This document shows positions 27,136-39,105 of a stretch of 64,000 bases of DNA, in pieces. The DNA lies in contig NW_015163636.1 of the NCBI RefSeq assembly GCF_001447785.1, positions 127,551-191,550 of the forward strand, written 5' to 3'. Origin of the DNA: Gekko japonicus (Eukaryota). The first letter of the stretch is position 1; the number at the start of each line of letters is the position of its first letter. The notes beneath the pieces were generated by a model. The model worked only from the letters and a program-made list of their open reading frames with translations. It made no database searches and was not told the origin of the DNA. Made by a program: the position numbers and the translations under genes.

Positions 27136-28038
27136 GCTTTTTCCTGGTTTATGCCACTTCAGCACCTCCTTTTCCCTCTCTGGCTGCTGCTGTTTCCTAT
27201 CTCATGGATGAGTCTGTGATCCCATCCAGCCAGTCGTTATGCAGTGAATGGGACGATGTTGCAGCTCTACATAGCCAATCAGATTTGCTTGCCAATGTGA
27301 TAGCATCACTGCAGGCAAGTGAGAGCAACTAAGAGTGAGGGCTATTGAAACAAATCAAACATTTTGGGAAGACATACTCACACATTATGAAAAAGGGGGG
27401 TTTTGCACTGTTGAAAATGTTTATGAAAGGTGGGGAACAGTGTCCAATTAGGTCTGGAATATACTCAGCCATCATACAGTATAACCCCAGGCAGGGCTAT
27501 TTTTGGGCAGGCACGCACAGGAACGGAGTTCCGGCTGGCTCCCGAGCTGGCCACGCCCAGCAGGAACTCATTAGCATAACAGGCCACACCCAACAGCAGC
27601 AACTCATTAGGATTGGCTACATTAGGGGTGTGTGGCCTAACATGCAAAGNNNNNNNNNNNNNNNNNNNNNNNNNNNNNNNNNNNNNNNNNNNNNNNNNNN
27701 NNNNNNNNNNNNNNNNNNNNNNNNNNNNNNNNNNNNNNNNNNNNNNNNNNNNNNNNNNNNNNNNNNNNNNNNNNNNNNNNNNNNNNNNNNNNNNNNNNNN
27801 NNNNNNNNNNNNNNNNNNNNNNNNNNNNNNNNNNNNNNNNNNNNNNNNNNNNNNNNNNNGGGCTACTTTTTACATACTATGGTGATAGTGTCATTAGGTC
27901 TGCCTTCAGTAATGACTGAGGTGGGGTGGGTGTCAGGATGGGAATGGCTGGTTCAGGAAGCAGACACTTTCCTATAGCAGAAAATGCACCGTAACATTCA
28001 TAACCAATGAGATGTTTCCATGGGTCTTTCTCTTTCAG

Positions 28039-28222
28039 CATCCACTGGTGAGGCTAAAGGGTGGAGCCAAGACAGGAGAAGGCCGTGTTGAAGTGCTAAA
28101 GAACAGGGAATGGGGAACCATCTGCCATGACCAGTGGAGCCTGGTTGCAGCCAGTGTGGTCTGTCGAGAGCTGGGCTTCGGAAGCGCCCAGGAGGCTATT
28201 TCAGGCGCAAGGCTCGGGCAAG
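28039..28222 (+). CDS. LOXL2: LOXL2-type coding exon (exon 6), N-terminal half of SRCR3
   Basis: tctttcag|CAT acceptor, AAG|gtaag donor, 184 nt. Translates [61 protein letters not shown]. Confidence 0.95.
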
Positions 28223-29589
28223 GTAAGATGCTTAAAAGGAAAGTGTCTTCGGAGAGGGTAAAGGGGATAGGAGGAAGAGGAAGAGGAAGAAGAAGAAGCA
28301 AGTCACTTGAGTGGCAGCCTATGTCCTTTTCAAAGAAAGAAACATACATTAAAAAATTCTCTTGGATCAAACCAGAGGTCCATCTATGTTGCTTTTCCAC
28401 CGAGGTTGGACAGATGCTTTTGGAGGAGGGTATAAAGGAGGGCATAGGCCATAGCTGTCCCCCACTGTTGCTCCCCGAGAACTGGTATTCAGAGCTGTCT
28501 CTTAACCCGGGAATCCTATTTTATTTATTAATTATTATTATTTATTAAATCGAATTTCTTAATTGCCTAATCTCTGTAGGACAAGGCTCTAGGCGATGTA
28601 CATGGTTTTAAAAGCAATCAGAAGCATTTTAAAAACAATTAAACATCAATACATAAATCCCAGATGGTGCTAATATGTACATTTTTCTCCAACTTACTCT
28701 GGACTGTGCTTTCTTCCCGTGGGTGGGGGAGGGAGAGAAGGCTGAAAAAGCAGGGGCAGAGAAAAGGTGAAGGGAGCCAGCAAGATGGAACCACGCTGCC
28801 CTCAACCAAAGGCCTGGTGGAACACTTCTGCCTTGCAGGCCCTGCGGAATTGCATTAAATCCCGCAGGGCCCTAGTGGAATTTGGCCGAGAGTTCCACCA
28901 GACTGGAGCCAGAGCCAAAAAAGCCCTGGGTCTGGTCGGGGACAGCTGGATATCCTTAGGGCCAGGGATCACCAGTAAGTTGTTCTCTGCAGAGCATAAT
29001 GCTTGTAGTCATCATGGCTAATGGCCTGTGTGATATAACCTATCCTCCATGAGTTTGCCTACTCCCCTTTTAAAACCATGTAAGGTTTAGTCTAAGCCAT
29101 GCAGGCATCACGTGACATATTCATTTGTTTAGAAGAATTTACCACCTCAGGAATGGACCTCAACAGTTTTGTTAGGGGGCCCCCCGTGGTCTTTTCAACC
29201 TGTAGCAATTAGAACATCTACATTTTACTCCCAGGAAGGGAAGTCTTCAGTATCATTTGGCCATCAAGTTTTGATTTCAAATCGTCTGAAAGAATGGAAA
29301 CTATTTAGCTGTCTGTATCTGTGGGTTCTCCTTCCAAAGTACTGACTTCTGCAACTTCCTTTAGGAAGCTTGCAATGGCTTATGCTATTGGGCCCTGGGG
29401 AGAATGTTGTTATTTTTTTCCTAATCCTTTACACCACAGAGTGCAAACAATGTTTTACACTAGTCGCAGACATCACATCATCAGCCTGGAATGCAGTGAG
29501 TATATTGTCTAGCCTTAGATAATGAGCGCCATCACATCCATTCCATAAATGAATTCCATAAGCTAATTATGTATTATGTAATGGATGCA

Positions 29590-30125
29590 TTCCCACTTAA
29601 AGAGCAGGTTGGCAGCTTTGGAGTGCTGTTAGATCCAGGGCTTCAGATGGAGGTGCAACTGTTGCCCATAGTACCTTTAGCCAGATTTGGTTGATTTGTT
29701 AGCTGCAGTGTTTCCTTGAGAGGCATGATTTGGCTACAGGTATCCACACTCAGATTACATCCCGTTTGAATTGCTGCCATGTGCTCAACCTTTGAAGACT
29801 GTTAAGTAGCTTCAGCTGGTTCAAAGCATGGTCCTAAGATGGCTTGCCAGACTGAGTTATAGAAGTCATATTATACCAGTTGTAAGAGAGACGTGTCGGC
29901 TGCAAGTTTGCTTCCCTGCACAATTCAAAGTGCTGATTATTACCTGTAAAGCTCTATAGGGTCCTGGGCCTGCCAGCCAGTTTTCTTCAGTTCAATGCAC
30001 CCTCTTGGTAGATGCAAGATTGGTGAGCACCAGAGACTGAGTTCATGGAACTCCCTCCCCAAAGAGGCTCACCTGGCACTGACACCAGCTTTCAAGTAAC
30101 AGGCAAAGACATATTTATCATGTGT
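29590..30125 (+). mobile_element. Degraded L2 LINE fragment (others at ~28550-28990 on minus and ~58090-58345 on plus)
   Basis: Decayed L2-type motifs (ggagtgctgttagatcc, cagctggttcaaa, caattcaaagtgctg) with many stop codons. Confidence 0.6.
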
Positions 30126-31492
30126 TTGAGTCTTTTCTGTCCCCCAAGGGTGAAAGTAACTTAAATTTCTTACTGGTACTGTCTCTTGGAGTGGGGCTTG
30201 AAGCAGAAGACTGGAGGTACCACTTTAGCCTCTTTCTTTCTGGTATGCAGTACTGGGTAACTTTCACCCTAGTCTGCTCTGCTGCTGGTTTTACTTTGCA
30301 TTCTTATTGACGAGTTCTGGATGCAAAGATGGTTTGGGCATACTATTTTTGGCTATGATTTCTGCTCGCATTTTAATTGGCTCTCATGTTGCCCTTGCTT
30401 TTTATGATCTTATGCTGTTGGTTTGTTTAATTGGTCTATTATTTTAATTGCTATTGATTTATTGTTTTAATTGCTTTGCCCAGGGTGTTGTGAACTGCAT
30501 GTAGGATACTTTATAGATAGGCAGGATGCAAATATTTTAAATAAACTAATATCATGGACCATACTTACAGACTTGAATGCTACACATTTCTCATTTTCCT
30601 CTCCTCTCCCCATCCATCTTAAATATTTTAGGATCAACCTATTAGTAATATATCAGAAAATACCTGCTGAAGGCTGGCTCTTGATTTCCAAAATCCTCAA
30701 GGCCTGTCCCCTGCTTCTTATATGTGTGGGGAGATACATTACCAAACCAAACAAAACAAAACAAAATTAATAGGTGAAGTGCTTCCAGAACTATGTGGTT
30801 TGGGGAAGGAGAAGGAAAATTAATTTAAAAGCATGAGAAATATTGTGGCTCTCTGGAATCTTGAAAACATGAGTATGCCAGCCAAAGTGCACGCAGAGTG
30901 CTCTGCTATGTAATTGCCGCTACAACTACGGAAGCACCAGCATCACACGAAAATTTTTGACTGCAACGTGATGGGCTGGAGCGTGCTGCCTCTTGCCACA
31001 TTGCACAGCTGGAGCCTGGAAACTTTAGGCATCTGCTCTGGTGCTTTGATTTTCAAGGGCCCAAGCCAATATCAGTCCTGAGAATTAGTATTTCAGAAGA
31101 TGCCACCTCTTAGAGAAGCAAGTTAGCATCTGCTTGTTTGATGGAAGAAAAGAAGAGCCAAGAGTTGCTAGATCACTGCAGAAAGGAAATGTCCCCTCTT
31201 CAGAGGTTCATGTGTCGACAGTTCATCTGGTTTTATCTCAGCATGCTCATCAAACTACAATTCTTCAGAGAAATCCCAGGACAGTAGTATAAGGCCAATA
31301 TACATCTGTAGTATAGATAGGTCTTTTATGGGTTTCCTGCATGTTCTCCTCTAGATTCTTCTTTGGGTTGCGTGATTTCTTTTAAAAACACTAAATATTT
31401 GCACAGCTAGCTGTGCAATGCTGTGCAATGCAGTACATTTCCTTGTGTTCATAAAAAGGGATGTGTAAGATTTGTAAGAGCTGTATGTGTAA

Positions 31493-31850
31493 GAGCTGCG
31501 GTGGCTCAAGTGGTTAAGACGCTGAACTGCAGGCTGTGGAAGGTCAGTAGTTCAGCAGTTCAAGACCCGTGTGCCGCAAGACGGGGTGAGCTCCTGTCTC
31601 TAGTTCCAGCTCCTGCCAACCTAGCAGTTTGAAAGCAAGAAATTGCAAGTAGATAAATAGGTACCACTTCGGTGGGAAGGTAACAGCGTTCCGTGCGCCT
31701 TGGTGTTTAGTCATGCCGGCCACATGACCACGGAAACGTCTTCGGACAGCGCAGGCTCTTCGGCTTTGAAACGGAGATGAGCACCGCAACCCTAGAGTCG
31801 GATTCGACTGGCTTTCGAGCAAGGGAACCTTTACCTTTACCTTTACCTTT
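31493..31850 (+). mobile_element. Full-length Sauria SINE
   Basis: Same head and body, (ACCTTT)4 tail, TSD taagatttg at 31466-31474 and 31850-31858. Confidence 0.9.
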
Positions 31851-32645
31851 AAGATTTGGAAGCAGTGAGGATTGTGGAATGTCAGAAAGCAGCCAAATGT
31901 CAGAAAGAAGCCAAAAACAAAAAAGTAGGTTGCATAATAGTGTAGTGTATTTACTTACTTCATATATACTTCATATATGTTCACTTCATATGTAGTCTGC
32001 TTTTCTCATTAAGACTCAAGGTGGATTACAAACTATAGAAAATTATTAAATCAGACAGCACAAGATATCCAGTAAACAATGCAACAGGATTGCAGAAATT
32101 AGGAAACCATGCCAACAGAAAACTGGCTAAGGCATGATGTCCCAAAATGAGTGCACAAATGCACACATTCAGCAACATCAGGAGAGCCCTTCTCTTTGCC
32201 AGGGTTCCATTATGGAATTTGGTGTTCCTTTTGGGATTCGCAGCAGTGATGCGACGTGGAATCCTGGTGCTTCTCCCTTAGGATGATGTTACTGCCCATA
32301 TTTTGGCCAAGAAAGGAGCAGTCAGTGCTCCACAAAGCATCTCTTTTTCTAGGGGCATAGAAAGCATAATTAATTTAGACTCTTCCAGAACACATTAGGG
32401 TGCACCAGAACACAGTGCTGGAATACCAGATCTCAGTAAATGCATGACCATCAGGGGAATAAGACCCCCCCCAAAAAAATTGCTATTATGCTAATGAGGG
32501 GGAAATTGTATTTTGTAGTAAAAGAATCTCCCGCATTCAAGCTCAGACATCTTGTGAAATCCCTGTATCCTTGGAATCATTGTTAAGGTCAAAACAATTC
32601 TGGAATTCTCAAGTGACCCACCTGTATTTGGGATTGTTTGTTTTT

Positions 32646-32770
32646 CTGTTGTTGTCCGGGCAAAAGCGCCTTTGTTCCCAGTTAAATGTCAGAATTTGAT
32701 CAACTGTCTGTTATGTTGTCTGGGCAAAAGCGTCTTTGTTCCTTGCTAAATGTCAGAATTTGATCAACTG
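32646..32770 (+). repeat. Tandem duplication, ~63-bp unit x2
   Basis: tgttgtc(c/t)gggcaaaagcg(c/t)ctttgttcc...taaatgtcagaatttgatcaactg occurs twice. Confidence 0.85.
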
Positions 32771-33148
32771 CAGGTTCCTGTCAAAAAAAAAATTGCCAAA
32801 AAACCCAAAATAAAAAACAAAAACAAAAAAAGTGGGAGGAGATGTATGTTTTGCTTCCAAGTCTCCAGCTGAAGTTTGTAAATGATAGAAAAGTGGAACA
32901 CTGGACTTTCTTCTCTTTCTGGCATTTTTTTAAAAACCAGCTCCTGGAAAAAATGTGTCAAGCTGTAAAAACAAGCCACAAGAAGACCGTAGCTAAAATT
33001 CCAGATCTTTCAACTCTGGAAATCCTCCTGAGGTGGTATTTGGAGCTTCTGGATTTAGATTTGATATGACCAGAGTGAAAGAAACTCAAAATGTCCTTGT
33101 CTGATTTGCCTGTGGAAAACTAAGAGAGTGTACTTCTTTCTCTTAAAG

Positions 33149-33300
33149 GACTGGGCCTCATCCATCTCAATGAAGTGGAATGCTTGGGTTATGAAAAGTC
33201 CATCACAGACTGCAAATTCACCACTGACACACAGAGATGCAGCCATGAAGAAGATGCTAGTGTGAGATGTAATGTCCCAGCCATGGGTTTCCAGAACCAG
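33149..33300 (+). CDS. LOXL2: LOXL2-type coding exon (exon 7), C-terminal half of SRCR3
   Basis: tcttaaag|GA acceptor, CAG|gtgag donor, 152 nt. Translates GLGLIHLNEVECLGYEKSITDCKFTTDTQRCSHEEDASVRCNVPAMGFQNQ. Confidence 0.95.
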
Positions 33301-34224
33301 GTGAGGAGCAGATACATATGCCTAATCATGGAAATAAAAACAATATGGTCGCTCACAACCTTGCTCTCTGTGCCAGGGGTCCCAACCTCTTTGAGCCCGC
33401 AGCCACCTTTGGAATCCTGGCACAAGGCAGAGGATGCAACCACAAAATGGTTGCCGTGAGATCCAGAACCAAACCACAAAATATCAGGGAGTGAGGTTAT
33501 GCATAACTAATAGTATCTCTTCAGCATTTCAGGCAGAAGCTCTGTTTAACAGGATGCCTTTTTAAATGAACATATTGTTTTAAAGGGAAGCTGTGGTAGT
33601 AGCTGCTGCCAAAACAACATCTTTAAAAACCTGCACAGCCAATCAGAACTCCAGTGGCCAGTCGAAGTCCTGCTGGGCAAAAGCCCCAGCTGGCCCCTCT
33701 TACTTACTAAAAAAAATGGTGGGCACCAGGAAAGATGTCAGCACTCTGGGGACCACTGCTCTATGCTATAGAATTTATAACAAAGTAAACATTGTTATAA
33801 ATTCCAGAGCAGTAGTTGTAGTAGCTCATTACAGTAAAAAGAAAAAGGAGATTGTGGTACCTTAAAGGCAGGGGCTGCTTTCAGACATTAAATAAACCCT
33901 GATTTGTCTAAATGGTTCTTTGGGCTACCAGACATAAGTAATAGATCCCAGTGTGGGCATGACCCCTTCATGCCTCTCCTCTATCTCCTCATGCTGGCTT
34001 TTCTGTGGCCATTGCTCTAAGAGGTAGTGCTACGTAGCCAACTGTGGTTTGTGAATTCAGATGTCACAGGAAACCACAATTAGAACTAACTGTGGTTGAG
34101 AAATCAGCTATAAAACCCACCGTGAAACTCCAGTCTGGCAGTGACCAACAAAACCCAGTTTGTTGGACCATCTGCATTCAGACATCACAGCTAACTGTGT
34201 TTTAAACAAGCCATAGATAATAAA

Positions 34225-35516
34225 TAGGGATGGGCTTGAACCAGGAAAATGGTGGTTCGTGGTGGTTTGTGATTCGTTTGATGACACGAACCATGCGCTT
34301 TCACAAACTCCTCCCATTTCCCAAACCGGTTCATGGTTCATTCAGTTCATGAGTTTGGGAGGTCATAGAACAGCCCCCTCACAAGTTAGAGATGCCAAAC
34401 TCACAGGAAGTCTTCAGCAGGCTCTTCTCCATGTGCCATCCAGGTCTGGCAAAGATTGGATTTGGGATGTCTGTGTTATAGCCCAACAAAGCAGGTGCCC
34501 ACAGGAAAGCTCAGCTCTAGACTCCCCTTAAATTAGCCAGGCAGCAGGCAATTCTTCCTGACTTGCTCCTGTCTCTTCCTGCTGCAAAGTGAAAGCAGCT
34601 GAGTCAGAGTGAGATAGATAGATATAGATATATGTTGTTGTTGTTCAGTCGCACAGTCGCGACCCCATGGACCAGATCACACCAGGCCCTCCTGTCTTCC
34701 GCTGTCCTCCGAAGCTTGCTCAATTTCATGTTCGTTGCATCTATGACACTGTCTAACCATCTCATTCTTTGCCGTCCCCTTCTTCTTTCCCAGCATCAGG
34801 GTCTTCTCCAGTGAGTGCTCCCTTCTCATTTGGTGGCCAAAGTATTTGAGCTTCAACTTCAGGATCTGGCCTTCCAGGGAACAGTCATGGTTGATTTCTT
34901 TTAGGATTGACTGATTTAATCTCCTTGCAGTCCAAGGGACTCTCAAGAGTCTTCTCCAGCACCATAATTAAAAAGAATCTATTCTTCGGCACGGGGCCAC
35001 GGTCATCCGAGGGAAAACTCTATGGTTTTCCCTTGGATAGTCGTGGCCCCGCCCCAGCGTGCCCGGCGTTGTCACGTCACTTCTGGGTGACGTGCGTGCG
35101 GCGCGCACGCGCGCACTCCAGCCACAAGCCGGGAGTCCCACGCTGCAGCTCAAAAAGCACTTGGCAACCCTAAGCACCATAGTTCAAAAGAATCTATTCT
35201 TCGGCGCTTGGCCTTCCTTATAGTCCAACTTTCGCAGCCATACATTATATAGAGATATATACATACACACAATCTGTTCCCATAGACTGCTATGGGTGTT
35301 TCTAGGGCTCTCCACAAGTCTATCCCCAGTGTTGCCTAGGAATTGATTGAATCTGTGCCAGGCTGTCTGGAGGACAAACTGCTCTAATGAACCAAATGAA
35401 CCTCCACAGGAAAAGGTGGTTCGTTTTTCGTTTCGGGAACAATGCAACCAAACGGCATGAATTGGCCTGGTTTGTGCTTGAATTGTGATTCGTTTCTCAG
35501 TTCATGCCCATCTCTA
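34225..35516. mobile_element. Non-autonomous hAT DNA transposon hosting nested insertions
   Basis: TIRs TAGGGATGGGC / GCCCATCTCTA and a perfect 8-bp TSD ATAATAAA at 34217-34224 and 35517-35524. Confidence 0.85.
34633..35245 (-). mobile_element. 5'-truncated RTE-BovB 3' fragment nested in the hAT element
   Basis: (CAA)n tail and peptide RVPWTARRLNQSILKEI...SLEGQILKLKLKYFGH; near-identical to 62458-62825. Confidence 0.9.
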
Positions 35517-36464
35517 ATAATAAACCATGGTGTATTGTGATGGCAGAGTGTGGCTGAACAGAACTTATTGTGAAATAAGCTTGCAATGACTAGATGAGAG
35601 CCCATTTTGTAGGTTCATGAAAATGTAGGCCACAATAATTCTTTCTTTCAGATGCCACAGCACTCCTTTTTTGTTTTTTTATATCTAGGTCTGTATGGTA
35701 CAGTTACTTCCAGTGCAATAATCTGACAATTGCCACTTCTCATACAATCAAGTACAAGGAACATTGTCTTTGATAAAGAGGATCTAGCCAACTGAGAGCT
35801 AATTCACATAAACATGCAGAAAAGCCACTGCTTTTCCTCATGTGCTGCATTCATTTCCTGTTTGGCAAGAGGATTCAAGTTAAGACTTGCTGTGGATGAA
35901 CTGCAGAGCTGTTTAACCCTGGTTATGTCAGGGCCTATAGCTCAGAGATCAGATCTACACTTCGCATGCAGAAGGTTCCAGGTCCAATCCCTGGCATCTC
36001 CAGTTAAAAGGATTTCAGGCTGCAAGTCACAGGAAAAATTCTTGGTGGATTATGCTTGAGGCTTTCTATTCTGTGTTCTGCCCTGCACTCACCATATCCC
36101 ACAAGATAATATTTTGGAGTTGTTGTTGTTCCTTTTTTTCTCCATTTTCAATACATTAACAAGTTATGATCACACAGTTTTAAAAAGAGAAATGTTTAGC
36201 ATGAGGCTATGTTCTTTTGTTCCATAATAATATTCTGGGGGAGGCAACTTACTTGTTATCTATGTTGCTAAGGAAACACCATAAGGAAATACAAGGGATG
36301 TCAGAAACACCTGAAAAGATGCCCATGTATTTGTAGCTACTTGTAGCTGTACCTGTTTAGGAGAGAAGTTAGTGGCAAAAAATTATGGATGCCTCCAGCC
36401 TAGCAAAGAACAACAGGATTTGCCACTGAACAGCTATTTGTATCTGAGTAGGCCTCTCAGAGTT

Positions 36465-36535
36465 GCGCCGCTGGTGTAGTGGTATCATGCAAGATTCCCA
36501 TTCTTGCGACCTGGGTTCGATTCCCGGGCGGCGCA
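36465..36535 (+). tRNA. tRNA-Gly(CCC) copy, probably a retrocopy of a pre-tRNA inside a chimeric insertion
   Basis: 71-nt cloverleaf: acceptor stem GCGCCGC/GCGGCGC, anticodon stem CAAGA/TCTTG with CCC at 36497-36499, GTTCGA T-loop. Matches the conserved vertebrate Gly-CCC sequence as I recall it except C>T at 36512 (U:G in the T stem). No CCA; followed by acaaattcTTTT. Confidence 0.92.
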
Positions 36536-36548
36536 ACAAATTCTTTTA

Positions 36549-36900
36549 GGAGCTGCGGTGGCTCAAGTGGTTAAGACGCTGAACTGCAGGCTGTGGAAGG
36601 TCAGTAGTTCAGCAGTTCGAGACCCGGGTGCCGCATGATGGAGTGAGCTCCCATCTCTAGTTCCAGCTCCTGCCAACCTAGCAGTTTGAAAGCAAGAAAT
36701 TGCAAGTAGATAAATAGGTACCACTTCAGTGGGAAGGTAACAGCATTCCGTGCGCCTTGGTGTTTAGTCATGCCGGCCACATGACCACGGAAACGTCTTC
36801 GGACAGCGCTGGCTCTTCGGCTTTGAAACAGAGATGAGCACCGCAATCCTAGAGTCGGACTCGACTGGCTTTCGAGCAAGGGAACCTTTACCTTTACCTT
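36549..36900 (+). mobile_element. Full-length Sauria SINE, the 3' part of the tRNA-SINE chimera
   Basis: tRNA-like head (GGTGGCTCAAGTGG A box, GTTCGAGAC B box) and (ACCTTT)n tail; near-identical to the copies at 31493, 37477 and 58393. Confidence 0.9.
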
Positions 36901-37476
36901 TAGGCCTCTCAGGCTTTGTCATAGCATATGTTTCTGCAGTGATGATGTTACTTTGAAGGAGAGAGTGCACTGCAGGCTGGTTCACATATGCACATATATT
37001 GTTTTGTTCTCTAGATTTGAATATTCTAAAATTGATGTCTGAGGATTGATTAATTTACTCTTGGAAGCTGTGCCTGTGGTGTTATATCCCTGATGACATA
37101 ATCTCATATGAAAGTCGTGACTGGAATGTTGATGTAAATCATCAGGACCCTGCACTGCAGAGCCATCTTGGGAAATAATAGACACTTGGAAAGCCTGCAG
37201 ATTTTGGGTGTCAATTTTCAGTACACAGTAAGCATTACAAAAATGCATTTTACAATGCATTTTACAAGCTGGATCCAGCACTTGGTCAATTGTGCTTACA
37301 AAAGACCCACAGCATATGCAGGCTCTTCAAGCAGCTACTGTTACCCAGAGGTCATTTGAATCAGATTTCGGACTACATTTGTTTGGATTCCTGTGGGAAA
37401 GGGAAGATCTTCCAGGGATATTTTACCCTGTTTGTGAGCAGCAGAGGGACATTTAAAGAGGGTTCTAATCAACATT

Positions 37477-37709
37477 CTCCTGCCAACCTAGCAGTTCGAA
37501 AGCAAGAAATTGCAAGTAGATAAATAGGTACCACTTTGGTGGGAAGGTAACAGCGTTCCGTGCACCTTGATGTTTAGTCATGCCAGCCACATGACCACGG
37601 AAACATCTTCAGACAGCGCTGGCTCTTCGGCTTTGAAATGGAGATGAGCACCGCAACCCTAGAGTCGGATTCGGCTGGCTTTCGAGCAAGGGAACCTTTA
37701 CCTTTACTT
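37477..37709 (+). mobile_element. 5'-truncated Sauria SINE
   Basis: Body and ACCTTT tail only; TSD taatcaacatt at 37466-37476 and 37710-37720. Confidence 0.88.
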
Positions 37710-39049
37710 TAATCAACATTGGGAGCTTTTCGTCCTTCCCTCAAGTCACCTTCAAATGATGGCTCAGGATCGCAGTTGGCAGGCAGGCCCTGAACTTTGT
37801 AGACCTGTATCTCAGTTGCTTGGCCAAACACCACTTATTCCACTTAGTTTAACATCTGTGTTCTTTTGGAACCTGATAGCAACAGATATTTTGAGCAATA
37901 TCGTAACACTTCTTCAGGCTTTGTGCCTCCTCCTCATTCTCTGCTAAACTTCTTATTGATGAGAGCATAAAATTTTTTTGTTCTGTCTTGTACCTAAAAC
38001 TCAAAACCCACTCTTTTTGAGGGTGTGAATACTGGATATCAGAGTTTGGAGTGAGGAAGAAAGGAGTTCAGCCAGCGGCAAGATGAGCAGCAGCAGTCAG
38101 TAATGCAAACCCCTGACCTCCCTGACAAAGACAATTTTAAAACCTTCATAGACATAGGGCCTGGGGGCAAGGTCATGAAATTCAGCTAATGCCTTAAAAC
38201 CAGGCCATGTGTGGATCTGTCCCTTACAGATTGACCCATAGAGTCTGGGTCAGACAGGGGGACCAAATACATTGCACAATCCATCTGGCCAAAATGCACT
38301 AAGCCAACTTGGCAGCCCACTTAAGAGTCAATAAAGGGTCTCTTGTTGTTCCTGCCCTCCTAAGGACTGCAATTAGTCTAGCACTGCCAAGCTCAATATA
38401 TGCCTGGCGAGCTGTTTGGCTCCACAGGTCACAAGTTGTGCAGTCTGGAATACCACTGGAAAGTATTTTGAGATAGGCTTGCTCTGCTGTGGGGCTCCAC
38501 ATTCCTGGAGATTTGGGGATGGAGCCTGGAGAAGGCAGGGTTTTTGGAGGGGAAGATCCTCAAGAGGGTATAATGCCACACAGTCCACCTTCCAAAGCCG
38601 CCATTTTCTCCAGGGGACCTAATCTCTGTAGTCTGGAAATCAGGTGGCTTGAGTGCATCTCTTTTTTCTCCCACCACTAAACTTACCAAGAGCAAACAGG
38701 GGCAGAAGGTTGCCCACCATAGATGGTTTTCCACCTAGGGTTGCCAATCAACAGATGGTGGCTGGAAATCTCCAACTATTACAATTGGTCTCCAGGCAAC
38801 AGAAACCGTTTACCTGGAGAAAATTGCTACCTTGGAAGGTTGCCCACCACAGGAAGGCAACTGGCAGCCCTACGCCCAAAGACACCCAGTGAGCTTCCAT
38901 GGCAGAGTGAAGATTCAAACCTGAGTCTCCAAGATACTGTGGTGACATTCTAACCCAATGGCACTTACTCTGCGGCTTGCATAGAGCCAGATTTTCAATT
39001 ACCATGAACCAAAAGAGCCACACATCACTCCAAAACACACATACAACAA

Positions 39050-39055
<6 letters not shown>

Positions 39056-39105
<50 letters not shown>
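39056..39105. repeat. (CT)n(GT)n microsatellite; others are (CA)n(GA)n ~24873-24907, (GA)n ~49913-49955 and poly-C 3337-3360
   Basis: Read directly from the sequence. Confidence 0.9.

Noticed and set aside
36465-36535. Ordinary ancestral intronic tRNA gene with a SINE inserted later beside it
   Set aside because: The only direct repeat brackets tRNA and SINE together, and the SINE has no TSD of its own. This remains possible only if orthologous loci contradict it.
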